From IMG/VR virus record IMGVR_UViG_3300005253_000487, positions 24,001-88,000 of that record: a stretch of DNA of 64,000 nucleotides; one strand, 5' to 3'. The translations under genes and the position numbers were made by a program. Within the stretch, counting starts at the first letter, position 1, and each line of letters begins with the position of its first letter. The notes below the pieces were generated by a model, which was not told the origin of the DNA, did no database searches, and saw only the letters and a list, made by a program, of their open reading frames with translations. This DNA comes from a virus. This document shows, piece by piece, positions 8,913 to 20,975 of the stretch.

Positions 8913-9380
8913 ATGGCAGACTTTCATTACAACGAAGCGGCGAAGAAGGTTTACGACCAGACGTTGGATATGGTTGCCGACGCTGCGGTCAAGGTAGGCC
9001 TGTCTACGTCTGTACACGTTCCTATCAGGGACGACGACTTCCTGGACGAAGTGGGCGCCGATGATTTCATCGACGGCGAACTCACCGGTACGGGGTACAC
9101 CTCCGGTTTTGGTAACTCGGGGCGTAAGGCGTTGGCTTCTCGCGCCATTGTTGTTGACAAGCCCAACAACCGCGCCGAGTTTGATGCCGCTGATGTTACA
9201 TGGACTGGTATCGACGCAGGTACGGCAGCGCAAGCAACGATCATGAAAGAGATTACGAACGACGCTGCAAGTATAACGATTGCGAACATTGATTCGGGAG
9301 GCTTCCCAATTGTGACCAACGGCGGTGACCTCACGATTCAATGGAACGCGGAAGGCATCATTCAATTGCGGACCACTTAA
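8913..9380 (+). CDS. virion structural protein (fibre/whisker-associated family)
   Basis: FDAADVTW...FPIVTNGGDLTIQWNAEGI, a pattern typical of small phage virion proteins. Confidence 0.65.
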   Translation: MADFHYNEAAKKVYDQTLDMVADAAVKVGLSTSVHVPIRDDDFLDEVGADDFIDGELTGTGYTSGFGNSGRKALASRAIVVDKPNNRAEFDAADVTWTGIDAGTAAQATIMKEITNDAASITIANIDSGGFPIVTNGGDLTIQWNAEGIIQLRTT

Positions 9381-9400
9381 AAAGGCTAGATTGCCGAGGA

Positions 9401-10024
9401 ATGAAAATCTTCGTACAGTGGGCCAAGGCAACACGTCGGGCTTATCGGCAGATGGATTCTGCCGATTGGCCTAGCCTCCCCCGTAAGGCGGAACCCAAGG
9501 CGACTCGCACCCCGGTCTTTGATGAGGCTGGGCGTGTGGTGGACTTCAGCGGCGGTAAGGAAACCCTAGACGACGCGGACGGGTGGATTGATGGTGTGTG
9601 CGTCATGGGACGGCGGTGTTGGGGGGACCACGTTGCTGTTGAGGAAGTCGGGGATACGTTGCGGGTTATTATGTGGAACAACGATCCCGGCGACTACGCT
9701 CAGGATGAGATGACGGCGATGGTCTGGACATTTTATCCCGAGATCGTGGATTGGACTGTACGCTCAGGTGACGGAACGCTCCGCAACGTGGGGCCGCGTG
9801 AGGACCTCGATTGGTACATGAGTCCCACACGCAAGGCTGAGTTGGCAGCCGCAGGAACCTTGCCACTGCTAGTTGGTAGTGGTGAGTTTGCTCGCGTCCT
9901 TCCCTATGTTGATTTCGTGCCGCCTCCTCCTGCAAAAACACTTCACGGTATTTGGCTCCTTCAAGACGTGAGTGACGCTTTGGCGGCAGTACCGACTCCA
10001 GGTTATCGGGAGTGGTTCAAGTGA
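9401..10024 (+). CDS. hypothetical protein
   Basis: GAGGA RBS, ATG 9401. Confidence 0.55.
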   Translation: MKIFVQWAKATRRAYRQMDSADWPSLPRKAEPKATRTPVFDEAGRVVDFSGGKETLDDADGWIDGVCVMGRRCWGDHVAVEEVGDTLRVIMWNNDPGDYAQDEMTAMVWTFYPEIVDWTVRSGDGTLRNVGPREDLDWYMSPTRKAELAAAGTLPLLVGSGEFARVLPYVDFVPPPPAKTLHGIWLLQDVSDALAAVPTPGYREWFK

Positions 10025-10569
10025 CCATTACTTATGAGTTTGATGGTGCTACTGGTTTTGATAGTGGTTGTACACCGGCAACAGCTTTTAACAAAAATGC
10101 GCGCCTGGGGCGAATTGACTCGACCTTTTTAAGCCGACTCATTCCCCCGGCCACAACAGATGAAATCAGTATGTCTTGGACGACACCTGGGGGCGAGCCC
10201 GGCTTTGCCGACTGGCCTCTTGGTGCTTATGTCGCGCGCATTAATATCAATGCTATTGACTCCGTCGCCAGTATTAAGTTTCAGCTTTTACGCGTGCAGT
10301 CTGGGTGTACAGTAGACGAGACGTTGGGAACGTCCGGCTCTGTCTCTACAACAGGCAATAAGACTTTTACTGTTAACACGGACCCCACGTCTGGGGCGGC
10401 GGGTGATAGATTTCAGTGCCGGATCCTTGGTTCTAACAGCGACCTACACATGACCCAAAATTTCACTATTAACCCAGATATTTCGACCCGATCTGTGATC
10501 GAAGGGCCTTGGTCAGTCGGGGGCATTGCTATTCCTATTGTTTATCACCACCGCCAGAGGAATTTTTAG
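10021..10569 (+). CDS. putative beta-rich virion protein
   Basis: Ser/Thr/Gly-rich, GTGA overlap, context. Confidence 0.55.
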   Translation: MTITYEFDGATGFDSGCTPATAFNKNARLGRIDSTFLSRLIPPATTDEISMSWTTPGGEPGFADWPLGAYVARININAIDSVASIKFQLLRVQSGCTVDETLGTSGSVSTTGNKTFTVNTDPTSGAAGDRFQCRILGSNSDLHMTQNFTINPDISTRSVIEGPWSVGGIAIPIVYHHRQRNF

Positions 10570-12168
10570 ATGAGCTTCCAGGGTTTTCTAAGACAATCCA
10601 CAGCCGTAGATGTGAAGATTGGGCCGTTCGTTGATAGTGGTGACGGCGATGCGGAGGAAACTGGACTGACAATAGCTCAGGCCGATGTGCTTCTTAGTAA
10701 GAACGGGCAGACTGGGGCGCAAAAGAATGATGCGACTTCCTGTGCGCATGCCGAAGACGGGATGTATAACTGTGAGTTAGATGCGACTGACACGGACACC
10801 GTAGGGCAACTCACGCTGGGAGTTCATGTGGCAGGTGCTCTCTTCGTCCGTCACGATTGGCAGGTTGTTGAGGAGGCCGTGTATGGTCGGGATTACGCTT
10901 CTGGAGCAACTGGGGTTGATCCCGATTGGACAAACGCCGGTCGGTTGGATGCGATCTTGGACATTATCGCCGCCGATGTGGTCAATATCGACGGCGCGGC
11001 AATGCGGGGCACGGACGGTGCCAACACCACAACACCACCGACAGCCGGTACGATAGCCGACGCGGTACAGGATGAGCCTATTGAGGGTCATGTTGTACAA
11101 GGTACTACGGGTTGGGCAACGGCACTTGCTGTCTACGCCGGTCCCGATGGTCCAGGTATTTACATTGATAGCGGCGCGGGCAATACAAATACCGTTGTTG
11201 GTACAGACGGTACTGAGATCAATCCCGTCTCGACGTTTGCAGCAGCCCGCACACTGGCTAACGCATTGGGCTTGAAGATTTACTACCTGGAGGGTAATTC
11301 CGATATTACTCTCGCGGCCACACATGTTGACTGGGAATTTATAGGCATCGGTAGTGTGTCTGATAACGTTGTCAATCTCGGAAGCCAGGACGTGAGTCGG
11401 TCCTTGTTCCGAAACCTGACACTCGAAGGCATACAAGGCGGCACGGGTAGGATCACCGCCCGTGACTGCGCACTCCAAGACCCCGGTGCGGGTGCTACAA
11501 CACTACATATGTTCGCTGAGCGGTGTGGATTTGTTGACCGTATCGAAGTGGATACGAGTAACGACAACGTGTTCGATCAATGCTTTTCATTGGTCGCAGG
11601 CACCGCTGCTCCCGTGATTGTTGCGACGGGTGCAGCGGGTACAATATCGGTGAGACACTACAGCGGTGGACTAGAGTTTGAGTCGTTATCCGCCTCACAT
11701 AACGTCACGTGGGAGGGCATTGGTCAGATCATCTTCAACGCCAACTGCAACGTTAATGCAAATGTCAGTGTTCGTGGTGTTGGCGCGATTATCGACAACA
11801 CGGCCGGAATGGCTGCGCTGACCGAGACGTCATTGGTTAACATGACCAAGATCAACACCGAGTGTGATACAGCCCTCAGTGACATGGGGTTCTCTTCGCC
11901 TAGGAAGAACGTCGCGCTGGCGGACATCTCTGTCTTCATGGTGGCCTCAAGCGACCATGTTACGCCAAAGACGGGGCTAACCCTCACGGTAACCCGATCG
12001 CTCGACGGGGGTGCGTTTGGCGCGGGCACAGGGTCTGCTGCCGAGATCGCCAATGGCATGTACCAGTACGACGCCAGCCAGGCCGATATGAATGCCGATG
12101 TGGTGATCTTCCGGTTCACCGGCACTGACGCGGACGATACCTTCCTCACCATTCATACGCGCTCGTGA
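10570..12168 (+). CDS. putative virion fibre/spike protein with related N- and C-terminal domains around a beta-helix-like core
   Basis: TGLT..S.[ND]G...GMY....[AT]D motif at both ends; Gly/Asn/Thr-rich centre. Confidence 0.6.
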   Translation: MSFQGFLRQSTAVDVKIGPFVDSGDGDAEETGLTIAQADVLLSKNGQTGAQKNDATSCAHAEDGMYNCELDATDTDTVGQLTLGVHVAGALFVRHDWQVVEEAVYGRDYASGATGVDPDWTNAGRLDAILDIIAADVVNIDGAAMRGTDGANTTTPPTAGTIADAVQDEPIEGHVVQGTTGWATALAVYAGPDGPGIYIDSGAGNTNTVVGTDGTEINPVSTFAAARTLANALGLKIYYLEGNSDITLAATHVDWEFIGIGSVSDNVVNLGSQDVSRSLFRNLTLEGIQGGTGRITARDCALQDPGAGATTLHMFAERCGFVDRIEVDTSNDNVFDQCFSLVAGTAAPVIVATGAAGTISVRHYSGGLEFESLSASHNVTWEGIGQIIFNANCNVNANVSVRGVGAIIDNTAGMAALTETSLVNMTKINTECDTALSDMGFSSPRKNVALADISVFMVASSDHVTPKTGLTLTVTRSLDGGAFGAGTGSAAEIANGMYQYDASQADMNADVVIFRFTGTDADDTFLTIHTRS

Positions 12169-14198
12169 TCCTTTACTGGCAGAACCACGTCGCGGCTTTT
12201 GTAGGTGCTCACCGTTACCTGACGGTGGGCATTTTCACACAACCCTTGCAACATGCTTCCGCGCTTGCAGCGACCACCGTTACACCTTCACCAGTGGTCC
12301 TGACGTTGGTGCCAGCAACTCCGACCTTGGTGGCGGGCGCTGTAACCGTTACGCCTAGTCCGGTTGTGGCTACCATCACCCCCGTCGCGCCCACGTTGGT
12401 CGCAGGGGAAGTAACGTTGCTACCTGATCCAGTCATTGCTTCGTTTGTTGTTGGTATACCCACGTTGGTGGCGGGGGAAGCAACACTCTTACCTAATGCC
12501 GTCGTGGCCGCATTTGTTGTTGCCTCGCCCATCGTTACCAACGCGCAGACGATTAATCCCAGCGCCGTCATCGCAACCTTTGCGATAGGAGCACCAACGT
12601 TGGTGGCGGGAGTAGCAACGCTGACGCCGAGTGCTGTCGTGACTACGTTTGTAATTGCGGCACCCATATTAGTAGCGGGAGTAGTAACGTTGACACCTGA
12701 TGCTCTGGTTGCTACGTTTGCAATCGCAGCACCTACGTTGACCCCAGGTGTAGTGACGTTGACGCCCGATGCTGTGATTGCGACATTCGTAGTCACTGTG
12801 CCCACGGCTGTCTTTATCCAGTCACCCAGTCCAGTGATAGCAACGTTTGTTGTGGTGACACCGGCTATACTCACAGGTGGTGCGCTAACACCTAATGTGG
12901 TGGTCGCGTCATTCGTAATTACTGCGCCCACGACTATCTTTATTCAGACGCCTAGTCCAATCATTGCCACGTTTGCGCTAGCAGCACCTACTCTTGTTCC
13001 TGGAGGCATTACAGTTACACCGGATGCAGTGATCATAACACTTGTGATAGGGGTGCCAACTCTTGTTGTGGGGACTGTAACAATGGCACCGAACGCCGTG
13101 GTGGCCACGTTTGCGTTTGTGCCGCCCACCGTCCTCCTAGGTCAAACTGTAACGCCAGGCACCGTAGTCACAACATTCGCGCTCGCTACTCCGACGATGG
13201 TGGCAGGTCCCGTAACAATGATGCCCGCTGCGGTGGCCACTACGTTTGCTGTTGCAGGGCCAACACTCGCTGTAGGAGCAGTGACGTTGACGCCAAGTGC
13301 CATTGTGACAACGTTTGTGGTGCTTGCGCCTACTACAATCTTCATCCAACAACCTAGTGCCATTGTAATGACGTTTGCTATTACAGCGCCAGCATTGATA
13401 GCAGGTGAAGCCACGCTGTTACCCGATGCTGTAATAGTCACATTCGTTATCGCTGTACCGCAGCTCCGGGAGACGGTGAAACCCAGCGTCGTTGTTGCGA
13501 CGTGGTTTGTTGCTGCACCTACTACAGTGCTTGGAACAGCACTTACCCCTTCCGTTGTGTCTGCCACACTTGCCATCACTGCTCCCGCTTTAGTGGCGGG
13601 AGCAGTGACGTTGACGCCCAATGCAGCGATTGCGCCTTTTCCCATTGTCACCCCATAACCCTTTGTTGATTTTACCGCCACACCTTCGCCCGTGCTAGCG
13701 AGCTTCACTGTAGCATCCCCAACATTGGCGCTCGGTGCGGTAACACTCACACCCACACCCGTGTCAGCGGTATTTGCAGTCACCTCCCCCACGCCTAAAG
13801 TTACAACAACCCCGGGCACAGTGATTACGCGTTTTGTTGTCACAACACCAATTGCCCGTCTTACAGTAAAGCCCGCGGCGGTGGTAGCAACGTGGACGGT
13901 AGCAAGTCCGACATTGGTGCCCGGAGGGGCGACACTATCCCCGGGTGCTGTGGTCATGCGTCTTGTGGTCACGACGCCTACGTTAGTATATCATATCATT
14001 ATCTTTGGAGGTGTAGCTGCCGCTGTTCCTTGTTTCGGTGGGAGTGTGGCAGTATCGGCGGCCTGCTTTGGGGGTAATGTGTTAGAGGCGGTGGCCTGCT
14101 TCGGCGGTAGTGTGGCAGTATCGGCAGCCGTAGAGGGGGGTGGAGTGGCGGCATCTGCCGGCGTACAAGGTGGTGGTGTAGCGGTGCCAGAACCTTAG
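12165..14198 (+). CDS. Val/Thr/Ala/Pro-rich repeat fibre-like protein, interrupted by an in-frame TAA at 13656-13658
   Basis: ORFs 12165-13658 and 13692-14198 are in the same frame; the 20-23-aa repeats continue across the stop. Confidence 0.7.
12280..13990 (+). repeat. degenerate tandem repeat, 20-23-aa unit (TPxAVxATFxxxxPTLVAGxVTL)
   Basis: Seen in translation; codons diverged between units. Confidence 0.85.
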
Positions 14199-14207
14199 GA
14201 GAGGTTG

Positions 14208-14522
14208 ATGACTATATATCGTACTAATGACACCAATTTAGTTACCGATGTGCTGACGGACCCGGCTGGCGATCCTATCACCGTTGGTACGGTGAACGCC
14301 GAAGTTTTCAATGAGGCGGGAACGGAGAGCTTGATTGCTAGTGCAGCGATGGTGCATGACGCGGGCGGGGTGTGGAAGAGGAAGTTGGAAGCGGACGTGG
14401 TTGATACCATACCCGTAGGCACCAAGCGTGTTCTTGTTCGGGTCACCGTTGGGAGCCCAGTAGACGCCACGTTTGAACGTATCGAACAGGTGCGTGACAG
14501 ACGTGCAGCAGAAGTGGTATAG
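14208..14522 (+). CDS. small putative virion protein
   Basis: AGGAGAGG RBS; beta-rich. Confidence 0.6.
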   Translation: MTIYRTNDTNLVTDVLTDPAGDPITVGTVNAEVFNEAGTESLIASAAMVHDAGGVWKRKLEADVVDTIPVGTKRVLVRVTVGSPVDATFERIEQVRDRRAAEVV

Positions 14523-14556
14523 CTTTAACGAAGGGACATTGGACAATCCCTACGAC

Positions 14557-14586
14557 TTGCACAGTAGGCACGTATCATACTATGTT
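14557..14586 (+). promoter_or_regulatory. candidate promoter for the head operon
   Basis: TTGCAC followed by TACTATGTT in the 175-nt intergenic gap. Confidence 0.35.
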
Positions 14587-14634
14587 CACGTCCTGGGCGT
14601 AGTTAAACGATAGGACAGCCTGCCAACTCCTTGA

Positions 14635-16514
<1,880 letters not shown>

Positions 16515-16515
<1 letters not shown>

Positions 16516-16973
16516 TGCCGAACACCATCCTGGTGAAAGGCGATTTGGTTGCGAAGGAGGCGGAGGCGTCCAGCGCCATCACCCCGGGCGACCTTGTGGA
16601 GTACGGGGGCGTCAATGACCTGCAGACGCACGGCACAGCGGGTGGGCCGGCGCGTAAGGCATTCGCCCTCGAGAACGATCTTGTCGGTAAGGGCGTCGGC
16701 CTCACGGGCGACGACTATGCGGCCGGTGAGACCGTGCGGTACGGGATTCCTCAGCCTGGCGCGGAGGTCAACGCCATCCTGAACTACCCCGAGAATGTAA
16801 CCAAGGGTGATCCCTTGGTCAGTGGAGGCGACGGCGGACTGGTTGCCTTCATCGAGTCCACCCACGAAGCGGGTGTCATTGTGGCATACGCGGCGGAAGA
16901 CAAAGACAATTCGGCCGGTGGTGCGGCGGTTCGCATCATTGCTGAAGGAGCGGAGGCGGAAGGGGGATCTGTC
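16515..16973 (+). CDS. head decoration / cement protein (no stop; in frame with major capsid)
   Basis: AITPGDLVE..FALE..DDYAAGETV..VTKGDPLVSGGDG..VAYAAE; position between scaffold and capsid. Confidence 0.7.
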
Positions 16974-17966
16974 ATGGAACAACAGTTTAGACTAGTTGGC
17001 GCAGAGGATCTGCTCGCTCGAGGCGTAACTAACCTCGCACAGCTACGGCCGATCCTTGCAGCAAACGCCGATCCGCTTCAAGTCCATAACGCTACCCTGC
17101 GGAAGGACGAGTGGGAACAGATCGACGAGCGGGTCAATCAGGTGATGCGGGAACGCCTCACCGTCGCAGACGACCTGCGCGCCAAGGGGCTTGTGACGCC
17201 TGTTGGCTTGGGCACCACGTTGCGTGTAACGGAGCGGTTGGAAGACTTCGAAGACGCGGACGTTTCCTACGATGGCGACACAGCACCGACGAAGGACCGT
17301 CCCAGTTTCCTGCGGGACACCATCCCGGTGCCTGTTGTGTCGAAGGACTTCTCAGTCAGTTGGAGGCAACTCGAAGCGTCTCGCACGCGTGGAGAGCCTC
17401 TCGACACCACGGCCGCAGGTCTTGCGACCCGCAAGGTGCGGGATAAGTTGCAGGACTTGATCGTGAACGGGTTTGGACACGGACCGGACGGGTCCACCAT
17501 CCCCGGGCTTGCTAACGCGGCCAATAGGCAACAGGTGTCGTTGACCATCGATTGGGACGCGTCGGGCGCAACGATCATCGCCGATGTACTGCGGATGTTG
17601 GAAGCAGCATACGCGGTCAGCCTCTTCGGACCCTTCACCCTGTACGTACCCAAGAACTACTGGGCGACGTTGCAGGATGACTACAGTACGGACAAGGGTG
17701 AGAAGACGTTCATCCAGCGCATCCTGGCTTTCGAAGATATCGAAGCCGTGCGGCCGCTGGACACGTTGGCGGATGACAACGTGATCATGGTGCAGATGAC
17801 CGAGGACGTGATCGACTTGTCCGAGGCGCAGTCCATCACCACCGTGCAGTGGGAGAAGAACCCGTTCGTAACGATGTTCCGGGTTCTGATGGTTGGAGGT
17901 CCGCACATCAAGTCGATCGAGAACGAAGCGGGCACCACCATTCATGGAATTATACATCTTTCGTAA
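16974..17966 (+). CDS. major capsid protein (HK97 fold, encapsulin/linocin-like type)
   Basis: NATLRKDEWEQID, PVVSKDFSVSWRQL..SR..G.PLDT; own RBS AAGGGGG before ATG 16974. Confidence 0.85.
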   Translation: MEQQFRLVGAEDLLARGVTNLAQLRPILAANADPLQVHNATLRKDEWEQIDERVNQVMRERLTVADDLRAKGLVTPVGLGTTLRVTERLEDFEDADVSYDGDTAPTKDRPSFLRDTIPVPVVSKDFSVSWRQLEASRTRGEPLDTTAAGLATRKVRDKLQDLIVNGFGHGPDGSTIPGLANAANRQQVSLTIDWDASGATIIADVLRMLEAAYAVSLFGPFTLYVPKNYWATLQDDYSTDKGEKTFIQRILAFEDIEAVRPLDTLADDNVIMVQMTEDVIDLSEAQSITTVQWEKNPFVTMFRVLMVGGPHIKSIENEAGTTIHGIIHLS

Positions 17967-17977
17967 ACGGGCGGACG

Positions 17978-18322
17978 ATGCCGCGGTATAAGAACATTGG
18001 GCATTCCTTGTGGCGGCGGCCGACTGGTGAGGCGGTCCCGCCTGGGGGAACCTTTGAGGCAACACCCCGAGAGCACCAACGGATTAAACGCCGTGGGTAT
18101 CACGGGCGATTGCAGCGGGTGGAGGATGTACCCGCTGCCTCCTCAAGTGGTAGTGACAAGCCCACAGATCAATCACCTGCTACAAGCTCCGCTGCCAAAG
18201 AGTTGCGCGCCGAGTGGACGTTGCGTATGGAGCCCGCAAAGTATTTGAAGTTGCACGGCAGCGGAGGACATGCACCACTCGCCCGGCAGATCGTGGCCGC
18301 GGAGGAAGAGGGCGCCTCATGA
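17978..18322 (+). CDS. hypothetical protein, paralog of the next gene
   Basis: C-term EWTLRMEPAKYLKLHGSGGHAPLAR. Confidence 0.6.
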   Translation: MPRYKNIGHSLWRRPTGEAVPPGGTFEATPREHQRIKRRGYHGRLQRVEDVPAASSSGSDKPTDQSPATSSAAKELRAEWTLRMEPAKYLKLHGSGGHAPLARQIVAAEEEGAS

Positions 18323-18657
18323 CGCTATACCGGAATCGAGGCGCCCGCTTCCCGCGGGATGATGAACAAGGTCATTGGGAGACGGACGCTGTGCACGAGC
18401 CCACGGAACATGAGTTGCGGACGCGTGCGCACAAATTGGTTGCCGTCTCCGCACTGGACCCCGAGTATGTAGAATCAGTATCGGCAACACTCGCAGAGGA
18501 GGTTATTGATCCCTCAACGGGGCTTGCCGAATGGCCTATACAGATGCGCCCGGAGATGTATGTGCGTCTGCATCCTGAAGGCAAACATGCTGACCTTGCT
18601 CGTGCCCACGTGGCGCAGGCTGAGGAGGATGCAGACCCTGATGCCGAGGACATCTGA
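18319..18657 (+). CDS. hypothetical protein, paralog of the previous gene
   Basis: C-term EWPIQMRPEMYVRLHPEGKHADLAR. Confidence 0.6.
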   Translation: MTLYRNRGARFPRDDEQGHWETDAVHEPTEHELRTRAHKLVAVSALDPEYVESVSATLAEEVIDPSTGLAEWPIQMRPEMYVRLHPEGKHADLARAHVAQAEEDADPDAEDI

Positions 18658-19042
18658 GACAGCCGTCAAGGCTGTAATATCCACGTCGTTGACCACGACG
18701 CAGGTTGAACAGTTTATCGGTGACGCCTCGTTGTGGGTGGATGAGGAGTTAACCTCCTCGGGCCTATCCGCAGGACGCCTGGAGTTGATTGAACGCTACT
18801 TGACCTGTGCGCTCATACGTCTACGTGACCTTGGGTTGACGCAAGCCAAGTTCGATGACATCACTGAGCACTATCAGGTGGACAAAGAAGTCACGGACTA
18901 CCTGTTACGTGCTGCGGCAATGGATCCTACAGGTACAGTGCGCCGCTACTTCATGGCGCCCGCAGATGTGCGCCCAGTGCAGTACCGCGTAGCCACACGC
19001 TTCGTGGACGACACGGCCACTAGCCCGGCAGATGATGTATGA
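18641..19042 (+). CDS. head-tail adaptor
   Basis: Position after capsid; FI.DA..V...IERYL..ALI...MDPTG pattern. Confidence 0.65.
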   Translation: MPRTSETAVKAVISTSLTTTQVEQFIGDASLWVDEELTSSGLSAGRLELIERYLTCALIRLRDLGLTQAKFDDITEHYQVDKEVTDYLLRAAAMDPTGTVRRYFMAPADVRPVQYRVATRFVDDTATSPADDV

Positions 19043-19368
19043 GTGTCCTACTCAGTCGGCACGCGACACTGGAAACAGTGGGTGTAGAAGCACGCTCCGG
19101 TGTTGATGGGGAAGGTGCGCCTAATTACGCTGCTTCCGTAGACATAAAGTCACGTGTCACTCGATCGGAGAAAGTAGTTCTTAACGAAGAGGGCACGGAG
19201 GTCCGCACGGTGTTGAATGTGTGGACGCCCTCAACGTCAGACACACTACCCGGACGTAAGGCTCGTCTAACGTTTGGTGGTGAGAAATTCATTGTCGTTG
19301 ACCTAAAGGATGTGAAGGGGCTTGATGCCACTGCTGAACACCGACGCGTGCGTTGTCGCCGCGAATAA
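19039..19368 (+). CDS. head closure (stopper) protein
   Basis: Size, beta-rich, synteny. Confidence 0.6.
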   Translation: MSVLLSRHATLETVGVEARSGVDGEGAPNYAASVDIKSRVTRSEKVVLNEEGTEVRTVLNVWTPSTSDTLPGRKARLTFGGEKFIVVDLKDVKGLDATAEHRRVRCRRE

Positions 19369-19382
19369 CCTTGGGGGTGTAG

Positions 19383-19619
19383 GTGGGCACAGAGCAATGG
19401 ATGGTGGTCGCGGTGCTTTTCGGTCCTTTGGTTGGGGCGGGCATAGGAACATTCTTTGGGTTACGTGGGGCCATTAACGGTCTTGCACAACGTTCGAAGC
19501 GGATGGAAGGGACGTTGGTTGAGGTGCGTGACTACACGCGCGACACGTCCAGGTTGCTGGAAGGAACACTTGGTAAGCAAGTCGGTGAAATCCATACGGA
19601 GGTCACGCGGGGTGACTAG
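19383..19619 (+). CDS. small single-TM protein with coiled coil
   Basis: WMVVAVLFGPLVGAGIGTFFGL then amphipathic helix. Confidence 0.55.
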   Translation: MGTEQWMVVAVLFGPLVGAGIGTFFGLRGAINGLAQRSKRMEGTLVEVRDYTRDTSRLLEGTLGKQVGEIHTEVTRGD

Positions 19620-20092
19620 TGGCTAGAGGTGCCCAGAAGACGCGCAAGAGTTTTAAGGCTGCCGCAAAGCAGATTGAGAAACTGCGAAAGAACCTTGGGA
19701 AGAGAATGGCCTCGGGTCTTAGACTCATTGGTGAAGAGATCATGTTGGATGTGAAAGCTTCTCGGCCGGGCGCTGGAGTACCAGTGGACAAAGGACCATT
19801 GCGTGCAAGCGGTAGAGTGGAAGGTCCGGTGGCGGATCAAGTGTTCTTGGACTTTGGGGGCAGTGCGGCGCCTTACGCTGTGGTGCAGCATGAAGATACA
19901 ACGTTGCAGCATAGCGTTGGTGAACCGCGCTATTTGGTACGAGGCATTGAACGGTGGAAGAGAAATGGGGAGAGTGTGCGGCGGGCAATGGCTCATTTGA
20001 AAGTGGCCGTAGACCGGGTGGCTAAGGGGCAGCGTGCATCCACGCGTGGTGTGGGTATAGGAAGTGTGCGGCGAAGAGGAAGGGTGCGTTAA
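19619..20092 (+). CDS. HK97 gp10-like neck/tail-completion protein
   Basis: VPVDKGPLRAS, PYAVVQHE, PRYL. Confidence 0.8.
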   Translation: MARGAQKTRKSFKAAAKQIEKLRKNLGKRMASGLRLIGEEIMLDVKASRPGAGVPVDKGPLRASGRVEGPVADQVFLDFGGSAAPYAVVQHEDTTLQHSVGEPRYLVRGIERWKRNGESVRRAMAHLKVAVDRVAKGQRASTRGVGIGSVRRRGRVR

Positions 20093-20511
20093 TGGGTGCC
20101 GTCGTTGATGTCTATCAACATCTCATCACCCAGGGACATGCGGAAGGTTCTACAGGCTGGGACATTGTGAAGCGGATGTTGTCGGATGTGGATGTCAATG
20201 ATCAATTGATCGTTGTGACAGATGATGGGGGGGCACTTCCGGAGATTAAAGAAATCTTAGGCATTGGTGACAGTGCCTTGCATGATATTGGTGTGTTGGT
20301 GTTGGTGCGTGGTGCACCCTTCAAGGGTGATGCAAATTTGACGAAAGCATTGGACATCTTTATTGAGTTACACGGTAAGCGCGACGTGACGTTGAACGGA
20401 ACGCAGTACATGCGGATTAAGGCCATGACGCCTGAGCCTATCTTTATTGGCTTTGACGATAAGAATCGTCCGCGCCATACGACAGGCTATATGCTATTGG
20501 TAGACGCATGA
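20092..20511 (+). CDS. tail terminator / minor capsid protein
   Basis: P..IGFD.KNRPR motif; synteny. Confidence 0.7.
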   Translation: MGAVVDVYQHLITQGHAEGSTGWDIVKRMLSDVDVNDQLIVVTDDGGALPEIKEILGIGDSALHDIGVLVLVRGAPFKGDANLTKALDIFIELHGKRDVTLNGTQYMRIKAMTPEPIFIGFDDKNRPRHTTGYMLLVDA

Positions 20512-20546
20512 GAAACCATTCAGGTAGGAGGAGGGGGTAAAGTAAA

Positions 20547-20975
20547 ATGCCAAAATATCTTCCGCACGGCACTACGTTCAGCATCGGGAGCAAGTTGGTG
20601 GGGGGCCTTATTTCCATCGGCGTTCCCGATCGCTCGCGCGGAGAGGCAGAAACAACGGACACCGATTCTGCAGGGGACCGGGAGTGGATAGCCGGTCTAA
20701 GAGAAGGCGGCGGTGTGGAGTTGACATTTCGGCACGATCCGGATGACGTTGGTCAGCTTCAATTGGAAACCAACTTCAATGCGTCTGTGGCTGCATCGAA
20801 GGAAGAGTGTATCATCACCCTACCGGAGGTGGCTACTGCGGCGTCGGGATCGCGCACGTACACCTTCGACGGTTTCGTAACCCAGCCGCCAACCGGTGAC
20901 TTGGGTCTAGCGGATGATGACGCGGCCGAGCAGACAGCGGTTATCAAGCTGTCTGATAAAGTCACCATCGCATAA
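20547..20975 (+). CDS. tail tube protein (siphovirus)
   Basis: ETTD.DS...EWIAGLREGG..YTFDGFVT. Confidence 0.8.
   Translation: MPKYLPHGTTFSIGSKLVGGLISIGVPDRSRGEAETTDTDSAGDREWIAGLREGGGVELTFRHDPDDVGQLQLETNFNASVAASKEECIITLPEVATAASGSRTYTFDGFVTQPPTGDLGLADDDAAEQTAVIKLSDKVTIA

Noticed and set aside
12215-13972. Long antisense ORFs (e.g. 12215-12931, 13142-13972; also 14958-15791, 15963-16982, 22666-23427, 46892-47353)
   Set aside because: Shadow ORFs produced by GC-rich or repetitive sense-strand coding; no motifs or RBS, and against operon direction.
16974-17966. Cellular encapsulin nanocompartment
   Set aside because: It sits between protease/scaffold and head-tail genes in canonical phage order, so it is the major capsid protein.
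19383-19619. Second holin
   Set aside because: Single TM segment and far from the endolysin; no support beyond hydrophobicity.
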